The notes: generated by a model not told the origin, from the sequence alone. A DNA stretch of 64,000 nucleotides from an uncultured bacterium (GCA_964012435.1 CAXGSM010000003.1:1-64000), one strand, 5' to 3'; positions 19,180 to 28,892 are shown, counted from the stretch's first letter. A program made the numbers and translations.

Positions 19180-20445
19180 ATGAATTTTAAAAGTAGTTTA
19201 TTTGTTTTGTTTGCAGTTTCATTTTTTGCATTTGTTTTTGGTGAGGATGACCCTAAGTGGGTAGAAAATGTTAACACAAGTGTTCAGTCAACTGTAACTG
19301 TTACAGCTGGCGGTGGCGATTATGCTGGAGATAAGTCCGGTTTTGTTTTAGGTGGAGGTTCAGGCTCAATTGTTACTCCTGAAGGTCACATTGTTACAAA
19401 TTGTCATGTTATGGGTTGGGGCAAGCAAAGATGGGCTTTTATAAGGTTAAATGATGGTTCTGTAGAGGATGCTAAACTTTTATTTAATAATTGTAAGATT
19501 GATGTAGCTATTCTTCAAATTGTTCCTGAACCAGGTGAAGAAGGCAAAGTTTTCCCTTATGTCAAATTTGGAGATTCTGATGAGGTTGTTGCAGGAGAGC
19601 AAGTTTATGCAATAGGAAACCCTGGAGATAGCTCCAACTTCACAATGTATAAAGACTTCTTGCTTAAAAACACAGTAACTGCTGGTTCTGTTAGGGATAG
19701 GGTTCTTTCTCCACAGTTGGTTAATCGTATGTTGGGCGGAAATGGAGCAATAGGTGGCACGTCAACTGTTTGGGATTATGGTACAGAGCTCTCACATACT
19801 TTTGACACCGATGCAACTATCAATGGTGGTAATTCAGGAGGTCCCTTGTTTGATGAAAATGGTTTTCAGGTAGGTGTTAATTTCGCAGGATCCTCCATGC
19901 TTGAAGGCCAAAATATGGCTATAGTTTCAAATGATGCAAAGAAAACTTTATTTGACACGATTGACCATGGTCGAGTTATATACCCATGGTTGGGTCTTTA
20001 CGTCTTTATAGACAGAATGACTCTTGAGTGGTCTGATGAGATAGGCATACAAGGAAGAAATCCATTAGGCGGAGGAATGGGAGCATTTGGTGGAAGGGAA
20101 GCTTGGGACAGAGCTTCAGACACCTTTACTAGACAAGCTAGAAACAAGGTTAAAACTCCTTTTGAGGTTTTTGATGTTTATCCAGAAAGTCCTTCCTATA
20201 AAGCAGGACTTCGCCAAGGAGATAAAATTCTTGAAATTGCTTGGGACATGAATGAAGATGGAAAAATCACAAAGAGCGAAATGAAAATGCCAAAAGATGC
20301 TTTTGAAGCAAGGTTTTGGATTCGTGGCTTAGACAAGAATGTGAAAATAATTCTTTCAGTTGAAAGGAATGGACAAGTTTTCAATGTTCCTGTTGTTTTA
20401 GGCGAACAACCAGGTGAAGGCCAATTTGCAGGAGGAACTTTATGA
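19180..20445 (+). CDS. HtrA/DegP-family serine protease with PDZ domain (intact triad)
   Basis: IVTNCHV, IDVAIL and INGGNSGGPL; PDZ WLGL...GLRQGDKIL; signal peptide. Confidence 0.92.
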   Translation: MNFKSSLFVLFAVSFFAFVFGEDDPKWVENVNTSVQSTVTVTAGGGDYAGDKSGFVLGGGSGSIVTPEGHIVTNCHVMGWGKQRWAFIRLNDGSVEDAKLLFNNCKIDVAILQIVPEPGEEGKVFPYVKFGDSDEVVAGEQVYAIGNPGDSSNFTMYKDFLLKNTVTAGSVRDRVLSPQLVNRMLGGNGAIGGTSTVWDYGTELSHTFDTDATINGGNSGGPLFDENGFQVGVNFAGSSMLEGQNMAIVSNDAKKTLFDTIDHGRVIYPWLGLYVFIDRMTLEWSDEIGIQGRNPLGGGMGAFGGREAWDRASDTFTRQARNKVKTPFEVFDVYPESPSYKAGLRQGDKILEIAWDMNEDGKITKSEMKMPKDAFEARFWIRGLDKNVKIILSVERNGQVFNVPVVLGEQPGEGQFAGGTL

Positions 20446-21605
20446 AAAAGATAAATCTCTCCAAAAACGACAAAACTGTAACTTTCTTAGTTTTTCTAAC
20501 CCTATTTTTTTCTTTTACAGGTTCTCTTTTTGCAAAAGAGGTTCCTACTTTCGATTTAGACACCTCACAACTACCAACTGTTAAAGCTCTTGAGGTTATT
20601 GATCCATCATTGGCTTCAATAGAGGTTGTTGAAAATAGATACGGAATCAGCATGTCTGGAACCTTCACTAGAACTGTAGGGATTAATGGTTTCCCCGGTG
20701 TTGTTATTTCTCCTGATGGATTTGTTGTCACTACAGCTAAAAACATGGAGGATGCACTGAGGATCAATGTGATTATTGAAAATAAAAGATACACTGCATC
20801 TTTAGTTGGTTCTGATAAATTCAACGATGTTGCGTTATTGAAAGTTAATAATCCAGATACTTTGTTTGAAGCCGCTTCCTTTGCTGATTCTGACAAGTTG
20901 ACGCAAGGTCAAACTGTAATAGCTGTTGGAAGGCCTTTGCCTAATCAGCAAGCAGCAACAAGAGGTATAGTGTCAGCTTTAAGAGACTACTTTTTACCTA
21001 ATGGTTATCTAATGCCCAATATGATTCAGACTGATGCTCATAATTTCACTTTCAATAGAGGCGGACCTTTAATAGATTTAACAGGAAAAATAATAGGTCT
21101 TATGTCTTTTTCAGTTCAAGAAAATCAAGGTACACCTCAATACTTATCAACAAGTGTTTTGGATTTGAATTTTGCAACACCATCCAATATTGTTTGGGAA
21201 TCTGTGTATAAGATGATGCAAGGTGAGGAAGTTTTTCACCCCTGGGTTGGGCTTGGCTTAAGACCTTTAGATGACACATTAGCGATTTATGCAAATATTC
21301 CTGAAGAGTATTTAGGAAAGTCAGGAGTGATGATTCAGGATGTTGATCCCAACTCACCCGCTTCAAGACAAGGCTTATCAAGAGGTGACATTATTCTTGG
21401 AATGACAAGAGTAAGGCGACTTTACAACGGTGAAGAAAACACAAGTGAAGAAATTGTTTCAACTCCTTTGGAGCTAGCTGGCTTAATTCGTGACAGTCAC
21501 CCTCAAGACACTTTAGGTTTCGTAGTATTGAGATCTGGTGAAGTTGAGGAATTTTTGATGAGTCCTGAAGACAGACCAGTTGAAGCTTTGCCAGGAACAG
21601 TTTAG
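20442..21605 (+). CDS. HtrA/DegP-like protein with one PDZ domain, catalytically degenerate
   Basis: GVVISPDG, NDVALLKV, GIVSAL, MIQTDA and PDZ GLSRGDII present, but the His site reads TTAKNM and the Ser site reads FNRGG. Confidence 0.85.
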   Translation: MKKINLSKNDKTVTFLVFLTLFFSFTGSLFAKEVPTFDLDTSQLPTVKALEVIDPSLASIEVVENRYGISMSGTFTRTVGINGFPGVVISPDGFVVTTAKNMEDALRINVIIENKRYTASLVGSDKFNDVALLKVNNPDTLFEAASFADSDKLTQGQTVIAVGRPLPNQQAATRGIVSALRDYFLPNGYLMPNMIQTDAHNFTFNRGGPLIDLTGKIIGLMSFSVQENQGTPQYLSTSVLDLNFATPSNIVWESVYKMMQGEEVFHPWVGLGLRPLDDTLAIYANIPEEYLGKSGVMIQDVDPNSPASRQGLSRGDIILGMTRVRRLYNGEENTSEEIVSTPLELAGLIRDSHPQDTLGFVVLRSGEVEEFLMSPEDRPVEALPGTV

Positions 21606-21619
21606 CAAGAAATTTTGTT

Positions 21620-22264
21620 TTGAAGATTTACAACCTGATAGCATTTTGTCTATTGCTTTCAAATTGTGCACATAAGGAAAGTAATCATCTATTCAGTATA
21701 AACGATCAAGCTTTTACTCAATCAGAAATTTCTAGACGGCCTGATTTTGCCCTACTGAAGGAAAACAATGCTGGCGACCAGGAATTTCAAAATCTTATTG
21801 AATATTTTTTTATAGAAAACCTTACTCTTAGAGAAGCTTTTTTAAGAAATATTCAAACTGGTTATAGTGTTTCTGAATCAGCAGCTATCAATTGGGCTAA
21901 TTTGAATTTTAACGATAACGCTGAATTGATTTCTTTTTTAAGCAGGAATAATTTTTCTTGGCCAGATATAGTGATTCACTTTCAAAGAAAAATTACCTAT
22001 GAGAATATTATGGACCTTTACCTCGGTGTAAATGATGTTGAAATTAAAAGATGGTGTGATAACAATAAAGAGGTTCTTGATTTTATGTGGAGTGAATGGG
22101 CGAAAGGAACCAAAGTTTCTTCTCCTGAGAAGATTCCAGAAACTTATGCATATCAATATTGTCGTAGTGCCTTAATACAACACAAAGCATCAAATCCCAT
22201 GTATAAAGAAAAAGCAATTGAGGCAATTTCAAGAGGTGTAAAAATAAAATGGTCAATAAAATAA
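21620..22264 (+). CDS. Lipoprotein with SurA/PrsA N-terminal chaperone-like helical domain (no PPIase domain evident)
   Basis: Lipobox LSNC; SINDQAFTQSEI, IENLTLREA, GVNDVEIKRW and C-terminal GVKIKW resemble the SurA/PrsA NC domain. Confidence 0.5.
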   Translation: MKIYNLIAFCLLLSNCAHKESNHLFSINDQAFTQSEISRRPDFALLKENNAGDQEFQNLIEYFFIENLTLREAFLRNIQTGYSVSESAAINWANLNFNDNAELISFLSRNNFSWPDIVIHFQRKITYENIMDLYLGVNDVEIKRWCDNNKEVLDFMWSEWAKGTKVSSPEKIPETYAYQYCRSALIQHKASNPMYKEKAIEAISRGVKIKWSIK

Positions 22265-23523
22265 AAAGCTATAAGGCAAGATTGATTTTAGATAGTAGAG
22301 GTTTTCCTTCTGTGCGGGTAGATTTGACATTAGATAATGGAATTACTGTTGGCTCTAACGCCCCCTCTGGAGCATCTACAGGAGCGTATGAAGCTTTAGA
22401 GCGTAGGGACGGAGGTTCTTCTTGGTGCGGAAAAGGCGTAAGCGATGTTCTGAATGATCTTAATAAAAATGTTATTCCTGAAATTTTAAATATTGATCCA
22501 AGAAAACAGGACAAGGTAGACAAAATTCTTCTTCAGCTAGATGGCACAGCCCAAAAATCAAAACTTGGTGCTAATTGTTTATTGCCATTATCTATGGCAG
22601 TTTGTAGAGCTGGCGCTGTGGCTGAAAATCAAGAACTCTTTCAATGGATATCTTGCTTAAGTGAATCCAAACCATCTTTACCTATACCAACCATGAATGT
22701 TTTGAATGGGGGAGTTCATGCAAATAACAACTTAGATGTCCAAGAATTCATGATTGTTCCTTGGTTGGCTGGAGATTTTTTGAATTCTCTTAGAGCAGGT
22801 GTTGAGATATACCATGAATTAAAATCTACAATCAACAATAAGCAAATGTCAACATCATTAGGTGATGAAGGTGGTTTTGCTCCTGATTTAAAAAATAATT
22901 TAGCAGCATTAGATTTACTTAATGAATCAATTTCTAATTCAAGATACAGTCTTGGTAAGGATGTGTTTTTGGCTTTAGATGTTGCAAGTTCAGAATTGTT
23001 TAAAAATGATTATTATCAATGGGAAGGTTCATCAGTCACTTTTAAAGATTTAGTTGATGTTTATGTTGATTGGGCTTACAGATACCCTATAGTGTCGATA
23101 GAGGATGGAATGGATGAATCACACGATGAAGCATGGTCATCATTAAATGAAAAATTAGGAAAAAAAATTAATATTATTGGAGATGATTTGCTTGTAACGC
23201 AGGTAGCAAAAATTAATCATGCTATAGAAAACAACCTATGTAACACTTTACTCGTTAAATTGAATCAAGTTGGCACGGTTACTGAAACTATTGACGCGAT
23301 AAAGAAAGTTAGATTAGCAGGTTGGGATTGGTCAGTAAGCCATAGATCCGGCGAAACTGAAGATGATTTTATTGCAGATCTTGCGGTTGGAACAGGTTCT
23401 CGATTCATTAAAACAGGTGCACCTGCAAGGGGAGAAAGAACATCAAAATATAACAGACTAATCGCCATTGCTTCGGACTATAAGGATTTGAAATTTAAGA
23501 ATATAGGAGTAAGATTTAGATAA
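22249..23523 (+). CDS. eno: Enolase
   Basis: DSRGFP, PSGASTG, GDEGGFAP, SHRSGETED and KTGAPAR motifs. Confidence 0.97.
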   Translation: MVNKIKSYKARLILDSRGFPSVRVDLTLDNGITVGSNAPSGASTGAYEALERRDGGSSWCGKGVSDVLNDLNKNVIPEILNIDPRKQDKVDKILLQLDGTAQKSKLGANCLLPLSMAVCRAGAVAENQELFQWISCLSESKPSLPIPTMNVLNGGVHANNNLDVQEFMIVPWLAGDFLNSLRAGVEIYHELKSTINNKQMSTSLGDEGGFAPDLKNNLAALDLLNESISNSRYSLGKDVFLALDVASSELFKNDYYQWEGSSVTFKDLVDVYVDWAYRYPIVSIEDGMDESHDEAWSSLNEKLGKKINIIGDDLLVTQVAKINHAIENNLCNTLLVKLNQVGTVTETIDAIKKVRLAGWDWSVSHRSGETEDDFIADLAVGTGSRFIKTGAPARGERTSKYNRLIAIASDYKDLKFKNIGVRFR

Positions 23524-24467
23524 TGAAGGCTTTAATAACAGGTATTAGTGGTTTTGCGGGAAGTCATCTAGCAGAATTTTTGCTAAATGAACAAGTTGAA
23601 GTTTTTGGACTTATAAGACGAAGATCTCCATTGCATCATTTGAATTCAATTCAGGATTCAATCAATCTTGTTGAAGGAGACCTGCAGGATTCAACAAGTT
23701 TAAGAACAATATTGAGAGAAGCCAAGCCAGACTGGATTTTTCATCTTGCTGCTCAATCATTTGTTCCAACCTCTTGGAGAGCACCTGCAGACACTATCAA
23801 TACCAACATTACCGGACAGGTTAATCTTTTTGAAGCTGTTCGTGATTTATCGCTTTCTCCAACCATACAGATTGCATGCTCCTCGGAAGAGTATGGTCTT
23901 GTTCATCCAAATGAAACTCCCATAAAAGAAGACAATCCTTTAAGGCCGCTTTCCCCTTATGCTGTAAGTAAGGTTGCCCAGGATTTTCTAGGTTACCAGT
24001 ATTATCAATCTTATGGTATGAAAATCATCAGGACAAGAGCTTTTAATCACACTGGACCAAGACGAGGCGAAGAGTTTGTTGCTAGCGCATTTGCACGACA
24101 GATTGTAAATATCGAAAGGGGAGCTCCAGCTGTTATAAAGGTTGGAAACCTTGATGCCGAAAGAGATTTTACGGACGTAAGGGATGTGGTTTCTGCATAT
24201 AAAGTGGCTGTTGAGAAAGGCAAGCCAGGTGAAGTTTATAACATATGCACCGGAACTGCAATTTCCATTTCTACATTATTGGAAAAGTTAATTGATTTAT
24301 CTTCCATTAAGCCTGAAGTGATAAAGGACCCAGATTTAGATAGGCCAAGTGATGTACCTTTATTGCTTGGTGATTGCAGTAAATTTAAAAATCAAACATC
24401 CTGGGAACCTAAAATATCTTTAGATCAAACTCTAGAGGATTTGCTTAATTGGTGGAGAAATCAGTAA
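23523..24467 (+). CDS. GDP-mannose 4,6-dehydratase / Rmd-like extended SDR
   Basis: ITGISGFAGSHL, HLAAQS, SSEEYG, SPYAVSK, FNHTGPRR and GNLDAERDF motifs. Confidence 0.85.
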   Translation: MKALITGISGFAGSHLAEFLLNEQVEVFGLIRRRSPLHHLNSIQDSINLVEGDLQDSTSLRTILREAKPDWIFHLAAQSFVPTSWRAPADTINTNITGQVNLFEAVRDLSLSPTIQIACSSEEYGLVHPNETPIKEDNPLRPLSPYAVSKVAQDFLGYQYYQSYGMKIIRTRAFNHTGPRRGEEFVASAFARQIVNIERGAPAVIKVGNLDAERDFTDVRDVVSAYKVAVEKGKPGEVYNICTGTAISISTLLEKLIDLSSIKPEVIKDPDLDRPSDVPLLLGDCSKFKNQTSWEPKISLDQTLEDLLNWWRNQ

Positions 24468-24676
24468 TTAGAAAAGCTGGTAAGTATTCACAAGTAATTG
24501 AAGATTCAAGCCTTGGATGGTCAATCGCAGTAGCTGTTGGGATCGGATTATATTTTGGTCAAATGTACGATAAGAATAATGATTCTGAGCCTTTGGGGAC
24601 GCTGATCGGTTTTTTAATTGGATTAGGAGCGGCATGCAGGCTAGTTTTAAAAGTGCATAAAAGATTGAATTCTTGA
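24449..24676 (+). CDS. AtpZ/AtpI-family small membrane protein
   Basis: LGWSIAVAVGIGLYFGQMYD...GFLIG pattern; first gene of the atp cluster. Confidence 0.75.
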   Translation: MVEKSVIRKAGKYSQVIEDSSLGWSIAVAVGIGLYFGQMYDKNNDSEPLGTLIGFLIGLGAACRLVLKVHKRLNS

Positions 24677-24679
24677 TTC

Positions 24680-24994
24680 ATGGAAATTCTTTTTTTTGAA
24701 ACCGTTACTCAAGATTCATTATTGGATCTTTATAGACCAAAAATATTTTCTGGTTTATTGGGTTTTTTGATTTTTTATTCATGGGTCCCTGTAAGTTTTT
24801 TTGTTAAAAATAATATCAAAAACATTAACCAAAAGCTTTTGAGGACAATATCATTTTTGCATTTTTTTCTTGCAGCTTTTTTGATGATATTTTATAAAAA
24901 TTTAATTGTCCAAAAGGACTCTTTTCTTTTTTTTATCATTGGTTCTATTTTTGGATTGGTAAAAATGGTAAAAAAGCCTAAAAAAACGAATTAA
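24680..24994 (+). CDS. AtpI-like membrane protein
   Basis: Hydrophobic 104-aa ORF in the AtpI position before atpB. Confidence 0.5.
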   Translation: MEILFFETVTQDSLLDLYRPKIFSGLLGFLIFYSWVPVSFFVKNNIKNINQKLLRTISFLHFFLAAFLMIFYKNLIVQKDSFLFFIIGSIFGLVKMVKKPKKTN

Positions 24995-25067
24995 TTTAGT
25001 TAATTTTTTAATATATCGATTTATGATTTTCAACTTAGGTATATAAGTTTTTAATCCGATTTTTTTT

Positions 25068-26063
25068 ATGACTATTTTTGAATTCAAACCCGAAGATCAA
25101 GATCACCACCACGGCGATGAGCATCATCACGATGACCACCACGGCGATGAGCATCATCACGATGACCACCACGGCGATGACCACCACGGCGATCATCATC
25201 ACAGCGCATGCGCTCATCCAGAATATGAATTGCTAAATATTTTTAACTGGAAAGGTATTGGTCCAAAAGGGGGAACCGTCCACACTTATGTGGAAGAGCA
25301 GCCATGGATGCCAGCTTTTTGGAAATGTTCTGGCCCTGGTTCAGATCCAATGGGTGAAATCAGTATGACAATGGCTTTTAATACATTTATTGTTAGCGGT
25401 ATCTTGATTGCTTTATTCAAAAAAGGAACTAGAAAAATTGAGTTTTTGCCTGGAAAGGCACAAGCTTTTGCCGAAATCTGGGTTGATGGTCTAAGGAATT
25501 TCTTTGCAAGTTTTGGTGGTGAATATGTTGCTACAAAATATTTTGGCTTGCTTGGAGCATATTTTACTTTCATACTTTCTTTGAATTTATGGGGCATCAT
25601 CCCAGGTTTCCATTCTCCAACAGCAAATATAAATACGACATTGGCTTTTGGTGTTGTTGGTGTAATTGCAAGCTTGGTAATTGGACTTAAAGAATCTGGT
25701 TTAAAACATATTATCGATCATTGGATGGGAGAGCCTGAACCTGGAGATGGTTTAGCCAAGGTTATAGGTGCTGTTTTATTGCTCCCATTGGAAATAGTGG
25801 CTCAGTTTGCAAGAATGATATCCCTTGCACTGAGGTTGTTTGGAAACATATATGGTGGAGATGTTGTTCTTGCCGTTTTTGTTGTTTTGCTTGCAGATAT
25901 AGCTGTAAAGATTTGGATTCCACTACCTTTACAACTGCCTGTTCTCTTGTTGCATATTCTTGCTTCCGTTATACAGGCGATAGTTTTTACAGCCCTGATA
26001 TCAGTTTATATATCAGGCTTTTGTTCTCATCATCATGATGAAGAGCATGATCATAAACATTAA
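25068..26063 (+). CDS. atpB: F1Fo ATP synthase subunit a with His-rich termini
   Basis: PTANINTT, SLALRLFGNI (essential Arg) and IQAIVF motifs. Confidence 0.93.
   Translation: MTIFEFKPEDQDHHHGDEHHHDDHHGDEHHHDDHHGDDHHGDHHHSACAHPEYELLNIFNWKGIGPKGGTVHTYVEEQPWMPAFWKCSGPGSDPMGEISMTMAFNTFIVSGILIALFKKGTRKIEFLPGKAQAFAEIWVDGLRNFFASFGGEYVATKYFGLLGAYFTFILSLNLWGIIPGFHSPTANINTTLAFGVVGVIASLVIGLKESGLKHIIDHWMGEPEPGDGLAKVIGAVLLLPLEIVAQFARMISLALRLFGNIYGGDVVLAVFVVLLADIAVKIWIPLPLQLPVLLLHILASVIQAIVFTALISVYISGFCSHHHDEEHDHKH
25101..25202 (+). repeat. 30-bp GC-rich tandem repeat encoding D(D/H)HHGDEHHH
   Basis: GAT(C/G)ACCACCACGGCGATGAGCATCATCAC twice, plus two partial copies. Confidence 0.95.
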
Positions 26064-26078
26064 TTTAGGAGGTTAATT

Positions 26079-26321
26079 ATGATTTTTGGTGACGGTGTAA
26101 ATATTGATTTTTTGGCTATTGCTTTAGCTTTTGCTGTACCGGCAGCTGCTGCTGCTATGAGTCAAGGCAAGGCTATTTCAGCTGCTTGGGACGGAATGGC
26201 TAGACAGCCTGAGGTTTCTGATTCAATTGGAGGAAAGTTAGTTATCGCTTTGGCTTTCCCTGAGGCTCTAGGTATTTTCGGTCTTCTTTTGGCCATAATG
26301 CTAATGGGTAAATTGTCTTAA
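26079..26321 (+). CDS. atpE: ATP synthase subunit c
   Basis: ARQPE loop; carboxylate in FPEAL; AGGAGG SD. Confidence 0.95.
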   Translation: MIFGDGVNIDFLAIALAFAVPAAAAAMSQGKAISAAWDGMARQPEVSDSIGGKLVIALAFPEALGIFGLLLAIMLMGKLS

Positions 26322-26325
26322 GGCA

Positions 26326-26823
26326 ATGGAATTAATCACGCCCAAATTAGGGCAGCTTCTTGTAGAAGCTGCTGCTTTTGGTCTAGTTTGGTGGGCGTTT
26401 GTTAAATTTTTAGCTTCGCCCATCTCTAAAATTCTTGAAGAAAGAAAAACAAAGATCAAGCATGATGTAGATGCAGCCGAGAAAAATCGTGCAGATATGG
26501 AATCTTTGAAACAAGATTATGACAAAAGAATGTCTAATCTTGAAATAGAGGTTAATCAAAAGATTTCTGAAGCCATTAGTAAAGGTGAGGCTATTGTTGC
26601 GGAGATGACAGAAAAAGCTGAACTTGCATCCGAGGAAACAAAAAAGAAAATGCAGAAAGAGATTGACGACATGAGGGAGAGGATTAGAAGGGAAATCAAG
26701 AAAGATGCTGCTGATCTGATTGTTGGTGTGAGTGAAAAGTTTTTAACTTCAAAACTGAATAAAGAAGATGAGAAGTTAATTGAAAAGTTGATGGAGGAGG
26801 TTAGTAGCTCTCTTGAGACTTGA
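26326..26823 (+). CDS. atpF: ATP synthase subunit b
   Basis: N-terminal TM, PISKILEERK, long coiled coil. Confidence 0.92.
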   Translation: MELITPKLGQLLVEAAAFGLVWWAFVKFLASPISKILEERKTKIKHDVDAAEKNRADMESLKQDYDKRMSNLEIEVNQKISEAISKGEAIVAEMTEKAELASEETKKKMQKEIDDMRERIRREIKKDAADLIVGVSEKFLTSKLNKEDEKLIEKLMEEVSSSLET

Positions 26824-27364
26824 AGGTCTATCTATTGGATCCGCTTATGCTAAAGGTGCTTGGAGGATTTGGTCTGATTCTGAAAAAGGGTTAACCAACT
26901 CAAAAGAATGGTTCAATTCGTTTTCAGCTTTGCTAACGGATAAACCTGATTTGATGAAGATTTTTCAACACCCTTCAGTTTCTTCCAAGGAGAAACAGGG
27001 TATTTTGGATTCAATTTGTACAAACCTTAACACTGATAAAGATTTTTCTTTATTTTTAAACATAATTGTTAAAAATGGAAAAATTGATTATTTCAATCAG
27101 ATAGCTGAACATTATGAGGAATTGGTTGATGAACATCAAGGCATCAAAAGGGGTGTTTTGGAGTTAGGTCAAGAAGTTTCAAATAAAGTAGTAGAAAATT
27201 TTGAAAAAGATCTTGGAAAAAAACTTGGCTGTAAGGTTGTTTTGAAACAAAAAACGGTTAAGGGTTTAATTGGGGGATTCAAGTTGAGGATGGGAAGATA
27301 CATGGTTGACGCGAGTGTTCAAACTGCCTTGAAGAAAATTAAACAATCACTCGCAAGTAATTAG
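26813..27364 (+). CDS. atpH: ATP synthase subunit delta
   Basis: YAK, HPSVS..EK and LIGGFKL...VDASV motifs; operon position. Confidence 0.9.
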   Translation: MRLEGLSIGSAYAKGAWRIWSDSEKGLTNSKEWFNSFSALLTDKPDLMKIFQHPSVSSKEKQGILDSICTNLNTDKDFSLFLNIIVKNGKIDYFNQIAEHYEELVDEHQGIKRGVLELGQEVSNKVVENFEKDLGKKLGCKVVLKQKTVKGLIGGFKLRMGRYMVDASVQTALKKIKQSLASN

Positions 27365-27372
27365 GAGGAAAT

Positions 27373-28892
27373 ATGAGTAAATTAAGAACTGATGAGATTG
27401 CATCTGCTTTAAAAAAATCTTTAGATAATCATAAAGATGCATTAAAGCTTGAAAGCGTCGGAACCGTTATACAGGTAAGAGATGGTATTGCTGAAGTGTA
27501 TGGTTTGGATAAAGTTCAAGCAGGAGAGATGGTCGAATTTGAACCAGGAGGAGAAAGGGGTCTTGCTTTAAGTTTGAACGAAGGCTCTGTTGGAGTCATC
27601 ATTCTTGATGATTACAAAGGCATCAAAGAAGGCAATACGGTCAAAAGGTCTCAAAGACAGCTTGACATACCAACCGGGGAAGCTTTGTTGGGCAGGGTAG
27701 TAGATGCTTTGGGAAGACCTATTGATGGAAAAGGCGAAATTATAGGTGCTTCTAATCGTCCTATGGAAATTATTGCGCCTAGGGTTTTGGAAAGAAAGGC
27801 AGTGCATCAACCTTTGCAAACAGGATTAAAAGCAGTTGATGCAATGGTTCCGATAGGAAGGGGCCAAAGAGAGTTGGTTATAGGCGACAGGCAAATAGGA
27901 AAAACTGCAATTCTTGTTGACACGATAATCAATCAGAAAAATACTGATGTTTATTGTATCTATGTTGCGGTTGGACAAAAAGCATCTGCTGTTAAGGAGG
28001 TTGTTGAAGCTTTGGAAAAAGCTGGTGCTATGGATTACACGACAGTTGTTAGCTCCCCAGCAAGTTCACCAGCAGCTTTGCAGTTTTTGGCTCCATATGC
28101 TGCTGCTGCAATGGGAGAACATTTCATGTTTGACAGCAAGCATTCCTTATTGTTAATTGACGATTTGTCAAAACAAGCAAATGCTTATAGGGAAATTTCG
28201 CTTCTTTTAAGAAGGCCTCCAGGTCGAGAAGCTTATCCTGGTGATGTTTTTTATCTACATAGTAGACTTCTCGAAAGAGCTTCTAAGTTGAGTGATAAAT
28301 TAGGAGGTGGGTCTATGACATGTCTTCCAGTTATAGAAACACTTGAAGGTAATGAAACAGCATATATTCCGACTAATGTTATATCAATTACGGATGGGCA
28401 AATTTTCTTGTATCCTGATTTGTTTAATGCGGGAGTAAGGCCTTCTATTAACGTTGGTCTCTCTGTAAGTCGTGTTGGTGGTGCTGCTCAAACAAACATA
28501 ATTAAAAAGCTAGGTGGTAGCTTGAGGTTAGAGCTAGCACAATATAGAGAGATTGAAGCATTTGCTAAATTTGGCAGTGATCTTGACGAAAGAACACAAG
28601 CAAGATTAGACAGAGGGCAAAGAATGGTTGAAATTTTAAAACAACCACAATATAGTCCAATGTCTGTTGGGGAAATGGCTTTGGTATTGTATGCAGGTAC
28701 AAAAGGTTACCTTGATACAGTTGAAGTTAGCGATATTTCTCAATATGAATCTGAAATATTGACTTTTGTAAATCATGAGGACCCTGATTTAATGAATGAG
28801 GTCAACAAGGAAGCAAAATTAACTGATGAAATCGATAAGAGATTGAAATCTGTTTGTGAAAAATTCGCTAAGGTTTTTAAGAAAGGAGAGTA

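Noticed and set aside
18124..21605. Flanking HtrA copies as pseudogenes
   Set aside because: Full-length open frames, intact signal peptides and PDZ domains, and overlap-coupled starts; only the catalytic positions are changed.
25101..25202. Possible CRISPR array
   Set aside because: Units are contiguous with no unique spacers, are in frame within atpB, and no cas genes are present.
25035..25217. Repetitive hydrophobic minus-strand ORF (MMIAVVV...)
   Set aside because: Simply the reverse complement of the His repeat in atpB.
26079..26321. Na+-translocating ATP synthase
   Set aside because: The Gln is present, but the Glu is followed by Ala-Leu rather than Ser/Thr.
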